This document shows, piece after piece, positions 56,788 through 64,000 of a stretch of DNA of 64,000 nucleotides. The DNA lies in the IMG/VR virus record IMGVR_UViG_3300031746_000003, positions 32,001 through 96,000 of that record. One strand, 5' to 3'. How positions within the stretch are numbered: position 1 is the first letter of the stretch; each line of letters begins with the position of its first letter. The notes under the pieces were generated by a model. That model saw only the letters and a program-made list of their open reading frames with translations, did not search any database and was not told the DNA's origin. Source of the DNA: a virus. A program made the position numbers and the translations under genes.

Positions 56788-58922
56788 TGCCTGTATTCAT
56801 CGAGCTCATTACTGAGGCATTCGAAGAAACCAATGCGCGCATTCAGAAAGATGCGGGCAGTGGTAGCGGCTCTGCTCGTGCCGGTAAGTCTAACGTGCGT
56901 AGGCCTGTGCGTGGGTTAGAGATCAAGGAAGATACCTTTGCGTTCTTGAAGGTAGTACGTGCAGACAACACAGAAATACCAATCATAGACTCTAGCTCAC
57001 CTACTGGTAAGTCAGAGGGTGGTTACTCTAACTTCATACTGCAGAGCGTGCAGGAAGCACGTATGGAGAAGAACCAGATAGTAGAGACCTTCGGGGACTC
57101 CTACATATTCTTCTTTGGTGAGTCCCCACGCTTCTTAGACGTCAGTGCGGTGTTACTCAATAGCAACGACTTTAACTGGGAAGCAGAGTGGTGGGAGAAC
57201 TATAACAAGTACCTACGTGGTACTAAGCTCGTAGAGATGGGGGCACGTTGCTACCTTTTCTACGATGACAATATCGTAGAGGGGTACATCCTTGGGGCTC
57301 AAGCTGCGAAGACAGCTGATACGCCGCTGTCAGTACAGCTCACCTTCAAGTTCTTTGTAACTAACCAATCCAATGTGTCTTTCATAGGAGACACGAACTT
57401 CCCAACTAGGAAGGTTCTGACGACTATAGACATTGACGAAGCTGCTCCTATTGACTCCGTTAATACTGATTCGCAGCAGATCGCTAGTAATGCTGTAAGC
57501 ACTCGCTCTGCAGCAGATCAGGCAGCTGTAGACGCACTGCTATCTCTTAACGAGCAGTTGTTGGGCGCCATTGGTCCTCCTACAGATCTAAAGCCGGATG
57601 AGATAGAGGCTGCTAACGCGGCGATAGCTAAGAACCTAGCTGCTATACAGAACTTCCCACCAGGGCAGTTTGGTTCTGATCGTGCGCTTAGTGATGCTGT
57701 GCGTAACGCTCCTCCTGGTGGTTTGACTGATCCGGCTGTTACCAGCGCTATTCAGTCAACCAAGAACTCTGGTCCTGGGCATAGAGGTAAGATCTATGAC
57801 AATTTCGACGAGTACATAGACAGCTCAGACGGCGCAGGTACCTCAACTGGCCTGAGTTACAGGCTACAGGATGACCGCCCTCCGTTGTTCTTGTTACAGG
57901 GGATCGTAGACTCGATAACTAATGCTGACGATGACCTACAGACAGAAGCCGCTAACCAGATGGCTAACTATGTAGAACCTGCGCCACCTACTCCTGAGCC
58001 ACCACCAGAGGAAGAATCTTTTGGTAAGAAGCTACAACACTTTTTAGCTAGAGATACGCCGACTAACTCAAGAGACGTGCTGGGTTCTCCTAAGGTTATG
58101 AACGGCCTTGGTGTTGGCCCCATCTTCACTGCCGGGGCAGGTGCCGGAGCTGTAGCTGGGTTTGGGCCTAGGTTCGGCGGTGCAGCCCAAGGATTCGGTG
58201 GAGGTATAGGTGGCTCAGCTGGCGCTTTTGCTGTAGCTAGCTCAAGTGGTAGGGCTTTTGCTGGAGCTTTTGCTGGAGCAGCCGCAGGAGTTGGTGTCGT
58301 GACTACCGCTGATGGTACCTCCTTAGTCAGCACCAAGAGCTCCTTTGCAGGTATCTTTGGTCCTACCGCTGCAGCAAAGAATGTGTTTAGCTCAGACAGA
58401 TTCCGCTACGTAGAAGGTGTTAACGACCCACGCTATGGGTACAGGAGCCCCCATGCTGCAGGGCCAGGCTTTGGGGTAGTAGGGTTTGCTGACTATGGAG
58501 GACCTGGTTTCGGTGGCTGCTCTAGCACTGGTGACCCAGGCTTCAGAGACCCAAGACTCTTTGCCTTTGCTGGGGTAGGGGCTAGCGCAAGAGCTGGTAT
58601 CGCGTACACCAGCTTCAACAGGCCTAACCAAGATATCACTGCACTAGGCGGCTCAGCGGGTGTCTTTGCTGTGGCAGGTGTATCTACTGGGTCAGGAGCT
58701 TTTGCCAGTAGCGGGACTTACACAAGAACAGGACTAGGTGGAGGAACGTCTGGCCAAATGGGCGGCGCTTACACAACTGTCACAGGCAGACCGTCCGCCT
58801 TCGCCATGGTCTCTGTTCCAGGGAAGTTAGACCCAACTGGTCAAGCCTCCTCTGGCTCTTTCTCTGGCGTTGATGGTTCTGGGGCTTACGCTGGAGCTTG
58901 GGCTCAGGCAAGCTTCCCATAA
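56787..58922 (+). CDS. Putative baseplate/tube-initiator protein with Gly/Ala/Phe-rich C-terminal tail
   Basis: N-terminal tube-like beta domain (NFILQSVQEARMEKNQIVETFG...); post-tape-measure position. Confidence 0.5.
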   Translation: MPVFIELITEAFEETNARIQKDAGSGSGSARAGKSNVRRPVRGLEIKEDTFAFLKVVRADNTEIPIIDSSSPTGKSEGGYSNFILQSVQEARMEKNQIVETFGDSYIFFFGESPRFLDVSAVLLNSNDFNWEAEWWENYNKYLRGTKLVEMGARCYLFYDDNIVEGYILGAQAAKTADTPLSVQLTFKFFVTNQSNVSFIGDTNFPTRKVLTTIDIDEAAPIDSVNTDSQQIASNAVSTRSAADQAAVDALLSLNEQLLGAIGPPTDLKPDEIEAANAAIAKNLAAIQNFPPGQFGSDRALSDAVRNAPPGGLTDPAVTSAIQSTKNSGPGHRGKIYDNFDEYIDSSDGAGTSTGLSYRLQDDRPPLFLLQGIVDSITNADDDLQTEAANQMANYVEPAPPTPEPPPEEESFGKKLQHFLARDTPTNSRDVLGSPKVMNGLGVGPIFTAGAGAGAVAGFGPRFGGAAQGFGGGIGGSAGAFAVASSSGRAFAGAFAGAAAGVGVVTTADGTSLVSTKSSFAGIFGPTAAAKNVFSSDRFRYVEGVNDPRYGYRSPHAAGPGFGVVGFADYGGPGFGGCSSTGDPGFRDPRLFAFAGVGASARAGIAYTSFNRPNQDITALGGSAGVFAVAGVSTGSGAFASSGTYTRTGLGGGTSGQMGGAYTTVTGRPSAFAMVSVPGKLDPTGQASSGSFSGVDGSGAYAGAWAQASFP

Positions 58923-61900
58923 TGTCACACGCACATGGGCAACGTCTCAAACTGCGACTCTTCCTAGAAGGAGTCGAAGTACCAGTAATTTCTGCCAACG
59001 TGCAGACAGCTCCTAACAGCCCAGCGGTGTGTTCTATACAGATCCCACCGCTAGCTGAAGGCACACGTTTGCTACCACGCACGCTGGTGCATCTCTTCTT
59101 CTTAGACTTCTATGCTATGGCGAGCCCCAACATATACAACCGGGGCCCCCTAGTTACGCCAGGGTCTTCTAAGTCCCCAACAGCCTATCAACTGTCACGC
59201 CAGTCATATGATGAAAAGGCGGAAGACGGTCAAACTGACGATGGTTCGATTAAGAACGTACTGTCTGACATAGGTAATGAGCAGTACAAGCTTATGTTCG
59301 CTGGAGAAGTCATAGGCTTCCAGTGGTCTAAGAACCAAGCTCAACGTTCGCTAGTGCTGCAGTGTGAGGACTTCTCTAACTACTGGGACTACGCCTACCA
59401 GTTCAACAACACAGATATCTTCGGTCCAGGTATCAAAGCTGTGTTCTCTGGTGGTGCCACAAATCTGTTCACTGACTTTCTCTCCACAGAGGGGAGCGTT
59501 CTAACAGCCATCGTTAGCAGCGGTAGGTGCAACACGTTCCCTAAGATGGAGGGCATGGCAGCCGGCCTTATACGCTTGATAGAGGCCATTGGGGGTAACT
59601 ACTACTCACGGCCAGGCCAAGACTTTAAGCTTGCCAAGACCCATGCAGGGCAGAACATTTTCTTCTCTTTAGCTGAACTACGTCTGCACATCACGCAGAT
59701 GATCACAGCTATAGAAGATGATCCTACGTCAAAGCAACTGCTTAGCAGACACGGCTATTCAGGGTACTTTGATAGGCTGCTGGGTGGGCAAGGTGGGCAG
59801 GTATCTATACGTCAAGCAATGAACGCCCTTAGTGGTGTCATGTTCTACGAGACGTACGCGCAACCTTGCCCAATGTACAAGCCCGGTCTTGCAGGTACTA
59901 TTGGTGGTCAGGGTAGAGCTCTGTTATCAGAAGATACCCGACTAGGATTTATAGCTATAGCAGCTAAAGATGCAGCATTTGGGATTAACACAGTTAAAGC
60001 TACGTTAGAGAACTTCTCCAGTAACCCTACAGCAAACACTAGTAGAGTAGCCGCTGTTAAAGCCGTAGCTATCCAACTTACAGGAGTGCGTAAGACATTG
60101 AACGGCGTACAGGCTCAAGCTGGTAGAGCTCCCGCTGAAGTAAAAGGTCTGCTTAGCAAAGCCAGTAGAGCTGTAGCCGCAGCTGCCATTGCAATGTCTG
60201 GGTGGGGTCCTCAAGCACCAGAGACCGCCCGTAAAAAGGTGACTGACAAGTTAGACGAGGCGCACAGATACCTGATCAGTGTGGCTCAGGCTACTATAAC
60301 TACTACTAAAGCTAAGGATACAGCACCTGCGGTACTTCAGCAGCAAATACTACGGCCTGACATCTGGTTTACTTCCCCACCACGTTGCAACGTATTGTTC
60401 CCAGAGAGTTACCACCAGCTGGACTATGCTCGTTCGTTTCTCAAAGAACCTACAAGATTTCTGCTCAAGACCAACGACGAGTTCTTCGGCGAAGACTTCC
60501 TGTTTGACAAGTTCTACTTCGCGCCAGCCGCAGGTAGTCTGTCAAAGGATAAGTCAAGTCTGCAGAGCATCCTAAAGAACGACCTATTAGACCATGAGCT
60601 CTTCACCGGCATACTCCCAGTGTTTGAGAAGATGGGGGAGTTCAACGTATTCGCTGCAGCTGCTGGAGTACAGTCCATCGTTAAGAAGAAGAAAGGCCCT
60701 GTCGCTCTAAACCCAACTACCCCCGCTAACTCCACTGAGTGGGTAGCTAGAGCTGCAGCGCAGAAAGGCGGTCAAATAGACAAAATAGGTTATGCGCAGC
60801 GGTCTACTAACTTCATGTATTTTAAGCACCGCTTCAACGCACGACAAATGACGGTAACTGGTAAGTTCAACCCTTACATAGCCTGTGGGTTCCCCGGTCT
60901 TATCTTAGACAAGTATGTAGATGAGGCAGCCTTAAAGACGTACAACGAGTTAAGGGCCACCAAAGGATTTCCTCAGACATTGGCTGGGCAAGCTCTGGGT
61001 ACTAACTTCTTGGGTAACTTTACACAAGTATCTCACCAGGTATCTCAGTCAGAAACTGCAGGGGTCACATCTATCACGTGTAGCTACCCACGTCAGCCAG
61101 AGGAGTCTACAGAGTTTCTTGGAGCAGTAGAGAAAACGCAGACAATACGTAAACGGTTTGGTACAGATGCTGTACGGTCTACGGACGTAGCTGCAGCTAG
61201 CGCACCAAAGCTGTTCTCTCTTGGCCCTAACTTTGGGCGCATTACGGACGTTGTGGACGTGACTGCACAGTACTTGGGTGGTGGAGCCGACTCTCTAGAA
61301 CCTACTGGCCGTAGCTTGCCTCTGTTCGCTGGAGAATCTCGTAGGAAGGGGTACGAGGCTGGTAAGTCTCAAAAGATACTCGTGCCTATTGGTGTGCCAG
61401 TAAGTGGTAATAGCCTGGGCTCGCACATAGTAGGTAGTATCATTGGTGACCCCAACATAAAGGTTGCCTTCAAGGCCTACAAGGTGACTGAGGAGATACC
61501 AAAGTATCGATCCCAGATTATAGATGTACCAGCTGAGAAGTTTATTAGCCCAGGTTGGTATGGAGATATTTGGTCGGCTGCTAAAGTAGGACAAGCCTAC
61601 GGTCATTTTTTTGGTACTGGGTCTATCAATGACCCACAACAGGTAGCTGACCCAGGGGGCTCTTCTACTGGTGCGATTAACCAAGAAGCAGAAGACGCAT
61701 TAGCTACACGTCTCAAGTCTGATGGTAGCTACGATGCACGTGAGGAGGCTCCAGCAATTTTGGCATTGGATACCAACACCAGTATCCAACAAGCTGTAGA
61801 GTTCCTAGTGTCGGTGTACAGCTACGTCAAAGGTAGCTCAATGGACACAGAAGAGTTTATAAGGTCGTATACATGGAGACCAGTTGCTTCCATGATAGAT

Positions 61901-62152
61901 ATGCTTGGTACTAGCGATCTAAAGTTCAGTGACGACGGGCACAACGTACTGACTGGCTTTGAGGGCTTTCACTCAAAGGCCTTTGGTCCCTATGAAGATC
62001 TCTTCGGACTAGTGGGACCCGAGATAGAAAATATCCTAGGTATCAAAAAAGGTAGCCCCATCGCTCAGAAGGCTGACACTAGGAAGCGCAAGCAAGACGC
62101 CGTTAAGCAGCTAGTTGCTGCGCTGCTCTTCTCTCGGGCTATCCTAGGTTGA
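58922..62152 (+). CDS. Putative baseplate hub protein
   Basis: RLFLEGVEVPVISANV...MFAGEVIG...LVLQCED (gpD/gp27-like beta pattern); TAATG-coupled start at 58922. Confidence 0.6.
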   Translation: MSHAHGQRLKLRLFLEGVEVPVISANVQTAPNSPAVCSIQIPPLAEGTRLLPRTLVHLFFLDFYAMASPNIYNRGPLVTPGSSKSPTAYQLSRQSYDEKAEDGQTDDGSIKNVLSDIGNEQYKLMFAGEVIGFQWSKNQAQRSLVLQCEDFSNYWDYAYQFNNTDIFGPGIKAVFSGGATNLFTDFLSTEGSVLTAIVSSGRCNTFPKMEGMAAGLIRLIEAIGGNYYSRPGQDFKLAKTHAGQNIFFSLAELRLHITQMITAIEDDPTSKQLLSRHGYSGYFDRLLGGQGGQVSIRQAMNALSGVMFYETYAQPCPMYKPGLAGTIGGQGRALLSEDTRLGFIAIAAKDAAFGINTVKATLENFSSNPTANTSRVAAVKAVAIQLTGVRKTLNGVQAQAGRAPAEVKGLLSKASRAVAAAAIAMSGWGPQAPETARKKVTDKLDEAHRYLISVAQATITTTKAKDTAPAVLQQQILRPDIWFTSPPRCNVLFPESYHQLDYARSFLKEPTRFLLKTNDEFFGEDFLFDKFYFAPAAGSLSKDKSSLQSILKNDLLDHELFTGILPVFEKMGEFNVFAAAAGVQSIVKKKKGPVALNPTTPANSTEWVARAAAQKGGQIDKIGYAQRSTNFMYFKHRFNARQMTVTGKFNPYIACGFPGLILDKYVDEAALKTYNELRATKGFPQTLAGQALGTNFLGNFTQVSHQVSQSETAGVTSITCSYPRQPEESTEFLGAVEKTQTIRKRFGTDAVRSTDVAAASAPKLFSLGPNFGRITDVVDVTAQYLGGGADSLEPTGRSLPLFAGESRRKGYEAGKSQKILVPIGVPVSGNSLGSHIVGSIIGDPNIKVAFKAYKVTEEIPKYRSQIIDVPAEKFISPGWYGDIWSAAKVGQAYGHFFGTGSINDPQQVADPGGSSTGAINQEAEDALATRLKSDGSYDAREEAPAILALDTNTSIQQAVEFLVSVYSYVKGSSMDTEEFIRSYTWRPVASMIDMLGTSDLKFSDDGHNVLTGFEGFHSKAFGPYEDLFGLVGPEIENILGIKKGSPIAQKADTRKRKQDAVKQLVAALLFSRAILG

Positions 62153-62194
62153 TTCCCTAGTTTTGAGCTAGATGGTATAACTTATAGGCCATTC

Positions 62195-62575
62195 ATGACC
62201 TATGACGAAGCCATTAAAGCTGCGTTTTTCAACGAGCTCAAGAAGATAGCCGCGTCTAACCAGATGCTGGCTGCTTCCTCCAAGCTACGGAGTGGTCGTC
62301 GGCCCATGAGTGCCGAGACCATGTTGGCTAAGGACAAGGCCGGTGAGCTCTACAAGAGTGCCTTCGGTTCTGACCAGAGCTCTCTCTTCTACTCTGATAG
62401 TGACCCCAAGACTGGTGCACCAGCAAGGGCCAAGGGTAAGCGTGGTGACGTACCCTCTCGTGAAGATACTATTAGTCCGGCCAAGACAGTAGACCGACAG
62501 ACAGTAACGACAACTACAGCTCCAGGTCTTTTAGATACAGACTCGAACAATAGGCCATCAGAGCGAGCTTACTGA
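62195..62575 (+). CDS. Small K-x-A-tagged virion protein
   Basis: AFFNELKKIAA N-terminal helix; RGDVPSRE. Confidence 0.6.
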   Translation: MTYDEAIKAAFFNELKKIAASNQMLAASSKLRSGRRPMSAETMLAKDKAGELYKSAFGSDQSSLFYSDSDPKTGAPARAKGKRGDVPSREDTISPAKTVDRQTVTTTTAPGLLDTDSNNRPSERAY

Positions 62576-62835
62576 TGTCCCCTGTTGTCTTCCACAGCTT
62601 TGCTTGTGAGCTAGTGAAGATAGCTACGCCTATTGATGGTGGTGACTCTGGTGCACCTAGGAGGGGTGACGTACCCACCCGAGATGGGCAGTATCAGCGC
62701 GGCAGTAAACAGCGTGCTGGGCAAGGCGGTCTTGTAGAATCACTAGCGCCAGAGCAAGCTGTACGTATTAGCGGGCCATACGCTATTCAAACCAATGGTG
62801 GCAACACCGTTGATAGTGGGAAAGTCGAAGGTTAG
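62575..62835 (+). CDS. Small K-x-A-tagged virion protein, paralog-like to the previous gene
   Basis: SFACELVKIAT; RGDVPTRD. Confidence 0.6.
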   Translation: MSPVVFHSFACELVKIATPIDGGDSGAPRRGDVPTRDGQYQRGSKQRAGQGGLVESLAPEQAVRISGPYAIQTNGGNTVDSGKVEG

Positions 62836-62837
62836 TG

Positions 62838-63899
62838 ATGAGCAAACTTAGTAGAGCTCTTGTGGACGTGACCAAGCTGGCCTCTCCAGTGACTGTAGCC
62901 AGTCTCTTCAGTCCTGAAGCTGCCAAACAGAATGCCATTGCTGAGCAGAAGGCACCTGTGGATTTCACACCCATCTCGAACCTGTCTGACCCTAAGACAG
63001 CAGCAGCAGCTCCACATGAACTTGCTGGCGGTGTACTTGGCGGGGCTATGGGGTACAACAAAGCTCGCGACCAAGGAGCTACTACGTTGCAAGCTCTTAA
63101 GCCTGCGGCCATGGGTGCTCTACTAGGTGTTGGGGCTGGTCGGGTTGGTGGGTTAGTCCTAGAGGGTCATGCCGCTAAGAAAGCTTTGGAGGCTGGCAAG
63201 GAACTGACAAAGAAAGCATACGTACAGCACATTGCATTGATTGATGAGCTCAGCAAACTCAATGCTGTAGCTGACTACCAGCTAACAGCTATGCTAGCTA
63301 AGCAGGCTAGTAGTAGCCCTAAGATAGAGCTATCTGGTTTGGGTCTGCTAGCTGCTCCGTCTATCGATCAGCTGCAAGCACATGCGAGGGCTGGGATAGC
63401 TGGTGACAAAGACCCAGATGCAGTAACAAAACGGCAGTTCTTACCAGACGTCGCTCACCCCATAGCTGAAGTATCAGGGTTAGGTTTATTGGCGGCGCCA
63501 GATCTAAAGAAACTGATAGCCAAGCATGCCGGTGAGTCGCACAATAGTATAAGCGAAGAAGATGTTCTGTCGGCTGTTGATCGTCTAGAACACCTAGACA
63601 AGGTAAAGCCCACTCTTGGTACAGTGGGGCGTTTTGCTGGCCTTGGTGCTGTAACTGCCCCAGGTATTGCTATGTCGAGAGATCTAGTAGCTGGTAACAA
63701 GCAATTTCATGGGTGGAACCGCAAAGCACATGGGTTGTCTTTGGCAAAGGGCAGTAAGTTACGTAATGCAGCTGGGGTAGCTACTGGTGGGGCGCTAGCT
63801 GGTGGTGTTTTGCCTCTAGTGCAGAACGAGCTATCTAGAAGAAGCGAAAAAGGTAAGATACGAAAGTTTCTAGCGCAGAGTGTAGTGGACGATAAGTAA
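62838..63899 (+). CDS. K-x-A-tagged glycine-zipper virion protein
   Basis: KLAS, KQAS, KHAG; GxxxG helices; internal repeat SGLGLLAAP x2. Confidence 0.6.
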   Translation: MSKLSRALVDVTKLASPVTVASLFSPEAAKQNAIAEQKAPVDFTPISNLSDPKTAAAAPHELAGGVLGGAMGYNKARDQGATTLQALKPAAMGALLGVGAGRVGGLVLEGHAAKKALEAGKELTKKAYVQHIALIDELSKLNAVADYQLTAMLAKQASSSPKIELSGLGLLAAPSIDQLQAHARAGIAGDKDPDAVTKRQFLPDVAHPIAEVSGLGLLAAPDLKKLIAKHAGESHNSISEEDVLSAVDRLEHLDKVKPTLGTVGRFAGLGAVTAPGIAMSRDLVAGNKQFHGWNRKAHGLSLAKGSKLRNAAGVATGGALAGGVLPLVQNELSRRSEKGKIRKFLAQSVVDDK

Positions 63900-63900
63900 C

Positions 63901-64000
63901 ATGCCGTTCAAGTCGCAAGCACAGAGAAGATTTATGTACGCTAAACATCCAGGTATTGCTGATCGGTGGCAAGAACATACCCCAGAAGGGGCACATCTTC
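63901..64000 (+). CDS. 5' fragment of a phage protein (MPFKSQAQRRFMYAKHP...), truncated by window edge
   Basis: ATG 2 nt after the previous stop; frame open to the window end. Confidence 0.6.
   Translation, partial: MPFKSQAQRRFMYAKHPGIADRWQEHTPEGAHL

Noticed and set aside
1-64000. CRISPR arrays, tRNAs, rRNA, integrase/transposase, stop-codon recoding
   Set aside because: No regularly spaced repeats, cloverleaf/T-arm signatures or recombinase motifs were seen. TAA, TAG and TGA all end well-coupled genes.

Overview
This 64-kb window is the virion-morphogenesis region of a large contractile-tailed (myovirus-like) bacteriophage, standard genetic code, genes mostly on the + strand and tightly coupled. 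It opens inside a bacterial-type multisubunit RNA polymerase beta-prime gene (NADFDGD, bridge helix, trigger loop) that runs straight into a baseplate-spike-like gene. Then come the terminase large subunit, a prohead protease, scaffold/internal proteins, the major capsid protein, neck proteins, tail sheath and tube, a holin/spanin-like cluster, and a roughly 16-kb island of small genes (GIY-YIG nuclease, GroES, GNAT, RHH and Zn-finger proteins, and a displaced tail chaperone). The tape measure and baseplate genes follow. No portal, endolysin, tRNA or CRISPR array was recognised. Best leads: (1) about 15 head-region proteins densely tagged with K-x-A/S/G sites and an F/Y-x-x-EL-x-KI-A/G helix, suggesting protease-processed capsid cargo, including a bacterioferritin-like di-iron domain; (2) a possibly virion-packaged RNAP plus a GGGATAA motif upstream of the counter-oriented gene clusters; (3) a roughly 300-nt highly base-paired candidate ncRNA at 41296-41634; (4) an unannotated -1 frameshift at GGGAAAT; (5) three divergent gene pairs sharing one CATG. 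All assignments are from motif reading by eye; no searches were run. Three ORF-track entries have the wrong strand label (11353, 11708, 62832 are minus-strand).
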